Both the position numbers and the translations under genes were made by a program. 64,000 bases of DNA from Nitrososphaeraceae archaeon. GTDB taxonomy: Archaea > Thermoproteota > Nitrososphaeria > Nitrososphaerales > Nitrososphaeraceae. The stretch lies in contig JADDOQ010000001.1 of assembly GCA_016782315.1 (NCBI GenBank), positions 12,737 through 76,736 of the forward strand, given 5' to 3'. Positions 18,985-28,829 of the stretch are shown here, piece after piece. The notes beneath the pieces were generated by a model. That model ran no database searches, was not told the DNA's origin, and was given only the letters and a program-made list of their open reading frames with translations. Numbering within the stretch: the first letter of the stretch is position 1; the number at the start of each line of letters is the position of its first letter.

Positions 18985-20814
18985 TTGACACTCGAAGATA
19001 AACTTGCAAATACCATAAAACTGATATCATTGAAAAATGCAATCGATTTCAATAATAACATAAAGCCCGAGGTTGTTATATCAAAGACCTTTTCTTATGC
19101 AAAGGATTCAAAAAAAAATATAAAAGACATTATTCCTGAAATAAGGAAAATAATTTCAGAATTATCTTTACTGCCCCTAAATGAAAAGGAAACATTATAC
19201 AACCAAATCTTCAACGAGTCAGACCATTACCTAAAAAACCTGGATGCTGACATTACTCAACCAGTTTTAATATATGACGGAAATAATAATAAAAACCAAA
19301 TACCTGAAAAAAAATCTCCTGATAGCCAACATTTCTTTGAGCTCCCTCAATTAATTGGTGCCGAGTATGGTAATGTTGTTACTAGGTTTCCACCCGAGCC
19401 AAATGGCTATCCTCATATTGGTCATGCAAAGGCTGCGATTATTGATGAGGAATACGCACGCATGTACAATGGAAAACTTATCCTCCGCTTTGATGACACA
19501 AACCCAGTAAAGGAAAAGCTTGAATATTATGAAGCTATTGCAAAGGGTCTTGAATGGCTAAACATCAAACCATCTATTGTAAAAAACACCTCTGATGATA
19601 TGGAGATTCTATATGAATATGGCAGAAAGCTGATTCAAAAAAATTGCGCCTTTGTATGTGAATGTAATCCGGACCTGATTAAAGTTAATCGATCAAACGG
19701 TATATTTTGTAACTGCAGGTTGAATAATGTGGACCATAATTTAAGTAAATTTGAAAAAATGATTGCTGGTGAATACCGACAAAATGAATGCATCGTACGC
19801 TATAGGGGCGATATGAATAGCCTTAATACTGCTATGAGGGACCCAACACTTTTTAGAATTATTCTTGGTTCCCATCCAAAATTAGGAAATAAATATGCTT
19901 TATGGCCCACATATGATTTTGTTGCCCCCATTGAGGATGGTTTGGATGGCGTTACGCATGCCTTTAGAACAAAAGAATATGAGCTGCGAAATGAACTTTA
20001 TTTTGCTATACTATCTGATTTGGATTTGCGAGAGCCAAACCTAATAGAGTTTTCCAGATTGGAGTTTGAAGGCATACCTGTTTCTAAAAGAAAGATTACA
20101 CCGTTAATAGAAAAGGGAATAATACAAAGGTGGGATGATCCAAGACTACCCACACTGATGGGGTTAAAAAGGCGGGGCATTCAACCTGACGCAATTAGAA
20201 AATTTGTCCTTTCGCTTAGCATTACTTTGTCTGAAACAAAACCTTCCATTGAAATACTGGAGTCTTTTAATAGAAAAATACTAGATCCTATATCTCTAAG
20301 ATTATTCTTTGTCAGAGATCCTATTGAGTTACATATTGATAAATTGGATGTGGATTCTATTGAGATTAAAAATCATCCTACCTTGGAGATGGGCAAAAGG
20401 ACTGTAAAAGTTGAAAAAATACTTTATATATCTAACGATGATGCATTAAAACTAAAAGTTGGGGATTCAGTAAGGTTAATGGAACTTTGTAATATAGAAA
20501 TCATGGATATTGATGTTTCTGATGGAATGGGGACTGGCAAAAAGGTTATTGCTGCTAAGAATATTGGAAATGAAGTATCTCATAATGTCCAAAAGATTCA
20601 ATGGGTGTCAAAAAAAGAATCTGTGGATTACAAAATATTGAAACCTATGCCATTATACAAAGGAGATATTTACAATGAGAATAATTTAATAATTGATAAA
20701 GGTTTGGCTGAATCATTCATATCCAAACTTCAGATTGGGGCTATGATTCAATTTGTTAGGTATGGTTTTTGTAGAATTGATGATTTTTCATCTGCAATTT
20801 TTACTCATAGGTGA
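18985..20814 (+). CDS. gltX: Glutamyl-tRNA synthetase (archaeal)
   Basis: TRFPPEPNGYPHIGH, LRFDDTNP, VSKRK, WDDPRLPT and QFVRYGF. Confidence 0.96.
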   Translation: MTLEDKLANTIKLISLKNAIDFNNNIKPEVVISKTFSYAKDSKKNIKDIIPEIRKIISELSLLPLNEKETLYNQIFNESDHYLKNLDADITQPVLIYDGNNNKNQIPEKKSPDSQHFFELPQLIGAEYGNVVTRFPPEPNGYPHIGHAKAAIIDEEYARMYNGKLILRFDDTNPVKEKLEYYEAIAKGLEWLNIKPSIVKNTSDDMEILYEYGRKLIQKNCAFVCECNPDLIKVNRSNGIFCNCRLNNVDHNLSKFEKMIAGEYRQNECIVRYRGDMNSLNTAMRDPTLFRIILGSHPKLGNKYALWPTYDFVAPIEDGLDGVTHAFRTKEYELRNELYFAILSDLDLREPNLIEFSRLEFEGIPVSKRKITPLIEKGIIQRWDDPRLPTLMGLKRRGIQPDAIRKFVLSLSITLSETKPSIEILESFNRKILDPISLRLFFVRDPIELHIDKLDVDSIEIKNHPTLEMGKRTVKVEKILYISNDDALKLKVGDSVRLMELCNIEIMDIDVSDGMGTGKKVIAAKNIGNEVSHNVQKIQWVSKKESVDYKILKPMPLYKGDIYNENNLIIDKGLAESFISKLQIGAMIQFVRYGFCRIDDFSSAIFTHR

Positions 20815-20820
20815 TAAACG

Positions 20821-21690
20821 ATGAAAATTGCGAGAATGAAGTTAAATAACTCTTTCGAAACATACGGCATTGTTTCAGAGGATGGGAAAAAAATCATTAT
20901 TAAGGAGCAAATACAAGAAAAAACAGGCATTCCCATCCCACCTAGGATAAAGGATTTCTTGTTTGGGGGGTGGATAGAAGAGGTCAACAATAGAAAAAAT
21001 GAATTGGAATATGATATTTCAGTAGATGAAGTGGAGCTTTTATCGCCACTACCGAACCCGCCAAAAATAATTTGCCTTGCATTTAACTATTATGATCATG
21101 CAAGGGACGCAGGTTTGACCCCTTCCGAGGAGCCTGTTATTTTCATTAAGCCCAGAACCGCATTAAATTCCCCACATGGTGAGGTTATATCACCATCATA
21201 TGTAAAAAGACTGGATTATGAAGCCGAAATAGCCGTTATTATGGGCAAAAAAGTAAAAAAGATTCCTGAGGATGAATCATTAGATGCTGTATTTGGTTAT
21301 ATGGTTTTTCATGATGTCTCTGCAAGGGACATACAATTCAGAGACAAACAATTCACAAGGGGCAAAAGTATAGATACGTTCGCTCCTTGTGGCCCATGGA
21401 TTACAACCAAAGATGAGGTAGTTGACCCTCAGTCCTTAAAAATAATGACTACTGTAAACGGGGAAATAAGGCAAAATTCATCTAGCAACAACATGGTCAT
21501 ACCAATACGAAAGATAATCTCATCTTTAAGTAATTTGATGACTATTGAGCCTGGTGATATAATTTCGACCGGTACGCCGGCAGGTGTAGCAATGTCTATG
21601 AAGGAACCCAAATACTTAAAACACAATGATGTGGTGGAAATTTCCATCGAAAAATTGGGATCCATTAAAAATAAGATTCTCTTTAATTGA
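20821..21690 (+). CDS. Fumarylacetoacetate hydrolase family protein
   Basis: KIICLAFNY, DYEAE, DVSARD, GKSIDTF and TGTPAGV. Confidence 0.92.
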   Translation: MKIARMKLNNSFETYGIVSEDGKKIIIKEQIQEKTGIPIPPRIKDFLFGGWIEEVNNRKNELEYDISVDEVELLSPLPNPPKIICLAFNYYDHARDAGLTPSEEPVIFIKPRTALNSPHGEVISPSYVKRLDYEAEIAVIMGKKVKKIPEDESLDAVFGYMVFHDVSARDIQFRDKQFTRGKSIDTFAPCGPWITTKDEVVDPQSLKIMTTVNGEIRQNSSSNNMVIPIRKIISSLSNLMTIEPGDIISTGTPAGVAMSMKEPKYLKHNDVVEISIEKLGSIKNKILFN

Positions 21691-21779
21691 TCTTATTACC
21701 TAAATAAAAAATAAACAAAAATTGGAATTCAAACACTGGTTATCAAAGCAAAATAAATATAATTTTTTATATCACCTGT

Positions 21780-22109
21780 TCAATCATGCTTTTTCTTTTC
21801 CGTTTTGATCTGATTTTTCAGTTCGTTTTCTAATAAGCCACTGTATTGTTTGTATGCTTCTAATAGTTTTTCCCTTGTGTTGGCCAATTGCATAGATAGG
21901 TTCAGGGCTTGCAAACAGGTTTCAAGCGATCTTTCTTCTGTAAATTTTTCCATTTCACGCTTAAATTTCCTGACAATGACTCTCTGCTCATCGCTAAACT
22001 CCTCTATTGTTTTGATAATCTCGGGCAAGTGTTTGTTAATAGATGGGACATATGATGAGTCATTATTGTCTTTTTCTTTATTAATTTTAAAAAATATCAA
22101 ATAAAACAT
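21780..22109 (-). CDS. Conserved hypothetical coiled-coil protein (start uncertain)
   Basis: Helical ORF filling the gap between FAH and GGR. Confidence 0.65.
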   Translation of the reverse strand: MFYLIFFKINKEKDNNDSSYVPSINKHLPEIIKTIEEFSDEQRVIVRKFKREMEKFTEERSLETCLQALNLSMQLANTREKLLEAYKQYSGLLENELKNQIKTEKKKHD

Positions 22110-22194
22110 AAAAAAAATAGATACGATAATATTTATACTTTAAATTTTATTTTTAAATCTTCGTATTATTTTTGAAAATTGTATCTTAAAAATA

Positions 22195-23436
22195 ATGTAT
22201 AATAACCCATTTACCCTAAGTTCTAGTGATTTATTGAAGTTTGATATTGCTATTGTAGGTGGGGGCCCTGCTGGCCTTTCGGCTGCTTATTCTGCGTCAA
22301 AAAAAGGTGCAAAAGTTGTGCTTTTTGAAAAAGATCCTTCATTTGGACATAATGTTAGAACCAGTGGTGTTAGTTGGATAAAAGAGATGGAGAAACTTGG
22401 GATATCAAATGAATATTACAACCCAATCAAAAATTTCTCATTTATATCTCCCAACAATGAAGCAAACATGCTTGGCAATGATTACACTGCATGTGTACTT
22501 GATATAAAAAAAACCTTTCAGTTCTTGGCTATAAAAGCTGCTGCGGAAGGAACTACCTTGTTTGTAAAAAGTAATGTTTTTGATATAAAAAGAAATGCTG
22601 ATGGAAGGATCAATGGATTAAAGGTTTTTACACCAAAAGGAGTTGCTGATATAGACGCATCTTTGATAATCGATGCAAGCGGTTTCAATAGCTTTATTTC
22701 TAGAAAACTAGGTTATGTTTCTCTTTGGCAAAGATATGGGGTTGGCGCGGAATACGAATGTTACTGTGACAGCATAAACCAGGACACTCTGCACTTAATG
22801 GTTGGTCAAAAATATTCAGAAGCTGGATACGCATGGATTTTCCCACTATCAAGTAATCGCGTAAGAATAGGCGTTGGGATAGGGAGGCCTGAATCCACTG
22901 TTGACCCGTTGATTAAATTGAATAAAATACTGGAAAGTAACTTGTATCCCTTAAACAAACTCGGAAAAATTCAACCAATTGAGGTTCATTATGGGATGAT
23001 ACCTAATGAGGGTTTAAGAAAAAGCTGTGTTTATGATGGGCTAATGATGATAGGCGATACCGCAGGCCAGGCAAACCCTTTGGTTTTGGAGGGAATACGT
23101 TACGCAATTGAATTTGGGCAATTAGCCGGAAGACTAGGTGCTGACTCCCTTCAGTTTGCATCAACCCGTGATTCTCTAATAGAATATGAATATGTTTGCA
23201 GAAAAACCCTTGAAAAAAAAATTCAGTCTGCATTAAAAGTACAGTCAAGATGGCTATCCCTCTCTGACACTGATTGGGATAAGGAGATTGATATCATTAA
23301 AGACTTGACAATGGGTGAATTCTTGGATTTCATTAAATCTGATTTTTCAAACTATAAAATGATGAAACTTGCATTGAATCATCCAAAACTGGCAGCAAGG
23401 CAACTATTTGATTTGGTTGTAAACAAACATAAATAA
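22195..23436 (+). CDS. Geranylgeranyl reductase family (digeranylgeranylglycerophospholipid reductase-like)
   Basis: GGGPAG, DASG, YAWIFP and GDTAGQANPLVLEGIRYA. Confidence 0.88.
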   Translation: MYNNPFTLSSSDLLKFDIAIVGGGPAGLSAAYSASKKGAKVVLFEKDPSFGHNVRTSGVSWIKEMEKLGISNEYYNPIKNFSFISPNNEANMLGNDYTACVLDIKKTFQFLAIKAAAEGTTLFVKSNVFDIKRNADGRINGLKVFTPKGVADIDASLIIDASGFNSFISRKLGYVSLWQRYGVGAEYECYCDSINQDTLHLMVGQKYSEAGYAWIFPLSSNRVRIGVGIGRPESTVDPLIKLNKILESNLYPLNKLGKIQPIEVHYGMIPNEGLRKSCVYDGLMMIGDTAGQANPLVLEGIRYAIEFGQLAGRLGADSLQFASTRDSLIEYEYVCRKTLEKKIQSALKVQSRWLSLSDTDWDKEIDIIKDLTMGEFLDFIKSDFSNYKMMKLALNHPKLAARQLFDLVVNKHK

Positions 23437-23450
23437 TATCTGTGTTAGGG

Positions 23451-23463
23451 TAAGATTTTTATA
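23451..23463 (+). promoter_or_regulatory. Putative BRE/TATA for the nuo operon
   Basis: TAAGATTTTTATA with TTTATA at 23458-23463, about 26-31 nt upstream of the nuoA TTG (leaderless geometry). Confidence 0.45.
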
Positions 23464-23488
23464 CCTTCATAAGGCAGCACAGAGTAAT

Positions 23489-23863
23489 TTGGCAGGAGAA
23501 ACGGCTTCACAATTTCTTCCGATTCTGTATTTGTTTGGGTTTGGTGTAGTTGCAGGAATTTCTTCAGTTATGCTATCTAGGCTTTTGTCACAACGCAGAA
23601 GGTACAATCCTATAAAATTCCTTCCAATGGAATGCGGTCAAATTCCTACCGGTGAAGGAAGATCCCATTTTATGATGCAATATTACTCGTACATTCTTAT
23701 GTTTGTAGTTTTTGATGTGATGTTGATATTTCTATATGCATGGGCTGTGACTTTCACATCTGTCCCTAAAGAAGCCACATTACCTATGATGGGATTTCTG
23801 GGAATAATGTTTGCTGCCATGGGGTATGCCTTATTTTTAGCGGGAAGGAAAGGAATTTGGTGA
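23489..23863 (+). CDS. nuoA: Complex I subunit A
   Basis: PMECGQ, FVVFDV, three TM helices. Confidence 0.93.
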   Translation: MAGETASQFLPILYLFGFGVVAGISSVMLSRLLSQRRRYNPIKFLPMECGQIPTGEGRSHFMMQYYSYILMFVVFDVMLIFLYAWAVTFTSVPKEATLPMMGFLGIMFAAMGYALFLAGRKGIW

Positions 23864-23924
23864 TTATTTATATCCAATAGATTTTAATAACTAAACGTGC
23901 CAGATATTAATAAGGTGTAGTAGT

Positions 23925-24449
23925 GTGTTAAAACAACTAGTTAACCCAGTTAATCCTTCTAATTTTAATATTTTAGTGTCAAAGCTTAGTGATGTTCTTG
24001 TCAAAGCCTTGGATGAGCCCCTAGGCTATGCTATCAACTGGGGGCGTGTGTGGTCGTTATGGCCTGTTCATTTGGAAACTGCCTGTTGTAGTGTAGAATT
24101 TGGTGGATCATCAGACCCTAGATATGATGTTGAAAGGTTCGGTATTCTGGAGGCATTTGGTTCATTAAGGCAGTGTGACCTAATTGTTGTTCAGGGTACA
24201 GTAACTAGGAAGATGGCACCTAGGCTGCGTATGGTTTATGATCAGATGCCTGAGCCTAAATATGTGATTGCTATGGGTGCCTGTGCAATCACAGGTGGGC
24301 TTTATCTGGATTCTTACAATGTTTTGCCAGGGTGCGATGGTATCATACCTGTCGATGTTTATGTGCCTGGATGCCCTCCACGACCTGAAACTCTTATTCA
24401 GGGAACATTTCTTCTACAGGAAAAAATCAAAAGGTCAAAGATAAAGTGA
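23925..24449 (+). CDS. nuoB: Complex I subunit B
   Basis: TACCSVE, MGACAITGG and PGCPPRPE (N2 ligands). Confidence 0.96.
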   Translation: MLKQLVNPVNPSNFNILVSKLSDVLVKALDEPLGYAINWGRVWSLWPVHLETACCSVEFGGSSDPRYDVERFGILEAFGSLRQCDLIVVQGTVTRKMAPRLRMVYDQMPEPKYVIAMGACAITGGLYLDSYNVLPGCDGIIPVDVYVPGCPPRPETLIQGTFLLQEKIKRSKIK

Positions 24450-24955
24450 TGGACCGCAAATCCGAAATCGAGTTAAAAAAAAAATCCCTTTTACTATCAA
24501 AGGATATCTTAAACTCAGTAGTTGAAAAATTTGGTGAAAAAGTTGATGTAATTTATGATAAACGCAATCGCTCAAAAATCATGGTAAATCCGGAAATTAT
24601 TGTGGAAACTGCTATTTTTTTAAGGGACCATCATGGTTTTGATCATGTTGAATCCGCATCTGGAACAGATTATCCAAAAGAAGATCAAATTGAAATTAAT
24701 TATCATTTGGGCTCATATGTCAACCCGGATCTCTTTCCCTATGTTTTGGTTTTATCTACAAAAACAAGTAGATCTGATCCTAAGTCAAATAGTTTGATAA
24801 ATATATTCCCTAGTGTTGAATATTTTGAACGTGAAACTTACGAAATGTTGGGTGTGTATTTTATTGGCCATCCTAGAAATGAGAGATTTCTGTTACCAGA
24901 GGACTGGGCAGACATACCTCCTCTCCGAAAAGATTTTAGATTGAAAGGAAGATAA
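24446..24955 (+). CDS. nuoC: Complex I subunit C
   Basis: FERETYEMLGVYFIGHP and PPLRKDF. Confidence 0.94.
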   Translation: MMDRKSEIELKKKSLLLSKDILNSVVEKFGEKVDVIYDKRNRSKIMVNPEIIVETAIFLRDHHGFDHVESASGTDYPKEDQIEINYHLGSYVNPDLFPYVLVLSTKTSRSDPKSNSLINIFPSVEYFERETYEMLGVYFIGHPRNERFLLPEDWADIPPLRKDFRLKGR

Positions 24956-24969
24956 AAAGGGGTATATTA

Positions 24970-26130
24970 ATGTCTAGTTTGGATGAAAAAATTGAAGAAG
25001 CTAAGAAGCTATCTATGCACATAGTTAAGGAATCGGAAGATGATAAACTTATGACTCTCAGCGTTGGACCACAGCATCCTGGCACGGGGCACTTTAGATT
25101 TATAATAAAATTGGATGGCGATTACATAGTTAACGTTAATCTAGACCTTGGATATGTCCACCGGGGAGAGGAAAAAATGTGTGAATATAGAAATTATTTT
25201 ACGAATATTCCACATTTGGAAAGACCTGTCATCCATGATTCGGCCAACATAACATATTCATACAGCTTGGCCGTTGAGGATTTAATTGGCATTACTGTTC
25301 CACGAAGAGGACAGTTTCTTCGGGCACTTACCTCGGAATTAGATAGAATTAACTATACCTTGTATTGGCTTGCTATTTACGGAATATTTCTTGGGCATTC
25401 GACCATGTTCATGTGGCCTGCTGCTGATAGGGAGCTCGTGCTTGATTTGCTTGAGCGGCTTACGGGCCATCGAATTACACATGCTTTTAACATTCCGGGA
25501 GGGGTTAGAAACGATATGCCAAACAATTTCAAAGAGAAGTGTTTATCTCAGATAAATTACCTTGAAAAAAGACTTAAGGAATATGAACATATTTTCTACA
25601 ATAACCCATTATTTAGGCAAAGAACTGAAGGTGTGGGAATATTATCAAAGGAGGATGCAATAAAGTTAGGAGTTACTGGCTCCGTTCTCAGGGCTTCGGG
25701 CGTGCCTTATGATATTAGGAAGGTGGAGCCCTATGATATATACAATGAAATAGATTTTAACGTCCAGTACATGAAGACGTGTGACTCCTTTGCAAGGGCC
25801 TATATCCCCTTTTTGGATGTTAGAGAGTCATGTCATATTATCAGAGAACTTTTAGATAAAATGCCAGAATCAGGTGATGTCAGGGAAAAACTGCTAAGCA
25901 ACATCAAAGGGCCGCCTGGTGAGTCTTTCAAACGGGTGGAATCTGGACGAGGTGCACTAAGTTATCATTTAGTAAGTGATGGTACTTCCAGACCATACAG
26001 AGTTAAAATATCCACAGGTTCATTTAGAAATATTATAGCCTTGCCGTTTTTGTTGGTAGGCTCAAAATTGGGAGACATGCCAGCTATATATTGGTCTTTG
26101 AATTATTGGCCTATAGAGGCAGATAGATAA
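24970..26130 (+). CDS. nuoD: Complex I subunit D
   Basis: GPQHPGTGH, GYVHRGEEK, ELDRI and ESGRG; no NiFe CxxC motifs. Confidence 0.95.
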   Translation: MSSLDEKIEEAKKLSMHIVKESEDDKLMTLSVGPQHPGTGHFRFIIKLDGDYIVNVNLDLGYVHRGEEKMCEYRNYFTNIPHLERPVIHDSANITYSYSLAVEDLIGITVPRRGQFLRALTSELDRINYTLYWLAIYGIFLGHSTMFMWPAADRELVLDLLERLTGHRITHAFNIPGGVRNDMPNNFKEKCLSQINYLEKRLKEYEHIFYNNPLFRQRTEGVGILSKEDAIKLGVTGSVLRASGVPYDIRKVEPYDIYNEIDFNVQYMKTCDSFARAYIPFLDVRESCHIIRELLDKMPESGDVREKLLSNIKGPPGESFKRVESGRGALSYHLVSDGTSRPYRVKISTGSFRNIIALPFLLVGSKLGDMPAIYWSLNYWPIEADR

Positions 26131-27431
26131 TGGGCGCATTAAATCCAGATTTTAGGTTTGGCAATTTTGTAGGTAGCATAGTACAGCTAGTATTATTTAT
26201 TTTAGCATTTGTTACCTTGTTAGTCCTTCCAATAATCTTTTTTGTATTGTTTTTTGTACCTTTGCCTGTTGTTGATGGACAGGTATTAACACCGTACCTG
26301 TTTTTCTCAATGATGGTTGATCCTTCACGGACTATCCCCGTAATCCAGTTTTTGATTCACACCGATTTGTTTAGGGCGGCTGTTTTCCCCGGGTTTGCTT
26401 TCGCAGCTTTGATTGCCGCATCGACAATATTCCTTGAGCGTAAACTGTTGGCGAAAATGCAACTGCGTGTAGGACCGTTATACGCGGGGAAAATAGAAGG
26501 AATCTTTCAATTGCTTGCTGATGGACTGAAACTTATTTCTAAGGAAATAATTGTCCCCTCTGGTGCTGATAAGGTTATATTTTGGCTTGCTCCCATTATG
26601 TTTGTATCTACATCCGCAGCAGTTGTTGCGCTAATCCCAGTAGCACCTGGTTGGGTTGCTGCTGATGTGGACGTTGGGCTAATAGCTGTATTTGCCATAT
26701 TGGGGTTCTTTCCGTTAATAATACTGCTGTTTTCTTGGGCCAGCAACAGTAAATATCCGTTCATAGGGGGTCTGCGGGCCTTGCATCAGATGGTGGCCTT
26801 TGAGATACCGTTTTTGTTGTCTGCGTTACCCGCAGTTATTTTTGCCGGCTCTTTGAACCTGTCTAATATAGCCCTGTCACAAAATCTTTTTTGGAACATC
26901 CTTGTTATGCCAGTAAATGCATTTGTTTTCTTTATCTCTTCCCTTGCTGAATTGGAGCGTGTACCTTTTGACCTTCCTGAGGCAGAAAGTGAAATTGTGG
27001 CAGGTTGGCTAACTGAAACATCCGGAATGATCTTTGGATTGATTCAATTGGGAAATTACCTTAAGTTATATGCATTGGCGGGTTTGTTTGTACTTTTGTT
27101 TTTGGGCGGATGGTATGGACCTCAGATATTTCCACCAGAACTAATTCCCGGAGCTTCTACCTCCGATGTATCCTTGTTAAGGTTGGTTGCGTTGGAAGGA
27201 CTTTACAATCCTGTAACAATTAACAGTATCTTCTGGTTTACAGTAAAAACGTTTGTTGTTATTCTGTTGATGTTAATCACAAGGGGTATCAATCCTAGAA
27301 TCAGAATTGACATATTATTGCATACGGGTTGGTACAAGATGATTGTTTTAACATTCATAAATCTCTTTGTTGTATTAACGTTAATCTATGGCGGAATATT
27401 GGGACCGGGAGGGTTGATATCTGTAAAATGA
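26130..27431 (+). CDS. nuoH: Complex I subunit H
   Basis: LERKLLAKMQLRVGP, ADGLKLISKE and RVPFDLPEAESEIVAG. Confidence 0.96.
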   Translation: MGALNPDFRFGNFVGSIVQLVLFILAFVTLLVLPIIFFVLFFVPLPVVDGQVLTPYLFFSMMVDPSRTIPVIQFLIHTDLFRAAVFPGFAFAALIAASTIFLERKLLAKMQLRVGPLYAGKIEGIFQLLADGLKLISKEIIVPSGADKVIFWLAPIMFVSTSAAVVALIPVAPGWVAADVDVGLIAVFAILGFFPLIILLFSWASNSKYPFIGGLRALHQMVAFEIPFLLSALPAVIFAGSLNLSNIALSQNLFWNILVMPVNAFVFFISSLAELERVPFDLPEAESEIVAGWLTETSGMIFGLIQLGNYLKLYALAGLFVLLFLGGWYGPQIFPPELIPGASTSDVSLLRLVALEGLYNPVTINSIFWFTVKTFVVILLMLITRGINPRIRIDILLHTGWYKMIVLTFINLFVVLTLIYGGILGPGGLISVK

Positions 27432-27925
27432 ATACAGCTAGTGGATTCATTAGGGCGTTGGAGTCTGGAACACGACATCTTTTCGTAAAGAGGTTCACAT
27501 TAAGATATCCTGAACAAAAACTAAAGTTTGTTGGCGATGGTTATCAGTTTGACCCAAAAAAAGGCGTTGGAATCGCCGGATTAAGGGGAAGGCACATTCT
27601 TTTTCATGATAAATGCACAGGGTGTCAGCTATGCTCAATTGCCTGTGAGGGTATTGCCGAAGCTATAGCTATGGTTAAAGTGGATGAGCAATGGAAACAA
27701 AACAAAAAGTCCATTATGCCGCAAATAGACTATGGAAAATGTGTTTTTTGTGGCCTGTGTGTTGATGCTTGTCCGTTTTACGCTCTGTATATGACCAATG
27801 ACTATGAACTATCTTCGTACACAAAACAGCATCTAATCTATACACCTTCTCAGCTAGCCATTAAACCTATAGATAATGGGGAGGTGGAAATAAAAATAGA
27901 CTCCAGAGGGGCTAGCCATGGCTGA
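27428..27925 (+). CDS. nuoI: Complex I subunit I
   Basis: CTGCQLCSIAC and CVFCGLCVDACP; ATG 27428 overlaps the nuoH stop (ATGA). Confidence 0.95.
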   Translation: MNTASGFIRALESGTRHLFVKRFTLRYPEQKLKFVGDGYQFDPKKGVGIAGLRGRHILFHDKCTGCQLCSIACEGIAEAIAMVKVDEQWKQNKKSIMPQIDYGKCVFCGLCVDACPFYALYMTNDYELSSYTKQHLIYTPSQLAIKPIDNGEVEIKIDSRGASHG

Positions 27926-28439
27926 CGCCATGTTTGTAGGTTTGTCCATACTGACCATTGGCTCTGCTATTATTTCATTGGAGAGCAAGGAGCTGCTATA
28001 TGGGGGCATTGCTTTGGCTGTTTCTTTGTTGGGTATCGCAGGCTTTTTTGTTATTTTGGATGCTCCGTTTGTTGCAATGTTTCAGATAGCCGTATATGTT
28101 GGAGCAGTTGCGGTTCTTGTTATATTTACCGTTATGCTTGTCAGATCTCCTAATACCGTTACAAAAAGGGAAACAGTGAAGAGAAAGATATCTGGCATCA
28201 TCTTAAGCTTGGCTTTTCTTGCATTGTTTGGAGCTTTTATTGGAAATTCGGCTGTTTCACAATTTAGTTTTTCTGATGCTGTACCTGCTGTTGACATAAA
28301 GGAGATAGGAAGGGAATTGTTAACTTATTATTCACCTGTGCTAATTGTTTTGGCGTTTACTTTGGCAGGAGCCATTATAGGTGCATTGGCACTTGCAAGA
28401 AGAGAGGATATAGAGGAAAAAAATGAACCAGCCAAGTGA
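27918..28439 (+). CDS. nuoJ: Complex I subunit J
   Basis: QIAVYVGAVAVL; five TM helices. Confidence 0.93.
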   Translation: MADAMFVGLSILTIGSAIISLESKELLYGGIALAVSLLGIAGFFVILDAPFVAMFQIAVYVGAVAVLVIFTVMLVRSPNTVTKRETVKRKISGIILSLAFLALFGAFIGNSAVSQFSFSDAVPAVDIKEIGRELLTYYSPVLIVLAFTLAGAIIGALALARREDIEEKNEPAK

Positions 28440-28725
28440 TTTTTTAATTATAGCTGCTGTTTTGATATCTATTGGTATATATGGCATAGTTGTTAAAAGA
28501 AACGCCCTGCGGTTAATCATCTCTATTGAGTTGATTGCAAATGCAGTAAACTTGGTTATTGTTGCCTTTTCAAGGATGTTGCCAAATCCACAAGGCCAAG
28601 TATTTGTGCTGTTTTCAATTGCCATTTCTGCTGCTGAGGTGGCCGTGGGATTGGGGATTATGATAATAGCCTACCGATTCTATAAGGATATTGACGTAAC
28701 GGAATACAAAAACCTTAAAAACTAG
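28423..28725 (+). CDS. nuoK: Complex I subunit K
   Basis: ISIELIANA and AAEVAVGL. Confidence 0.94.
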   Translation: MNQPSDFLIIAAVLISIGIYGIVVKRNALRLIISIELIANAVNLVIVAFSRMLPNPQGQVFVLFSIAISAAEVAVGLGIMIIAYRFYKDIDVTEYKNLKN

Positions 28726-28829
28726 GGTTTCTCTCACATTTTATCTCATTTGTTATAATTACTAAACGTATAATATATAAAAGGAGTCCATGTCGTTTTT
28801 GTAGGGGTATTCGGGGTACGAGAATGTAG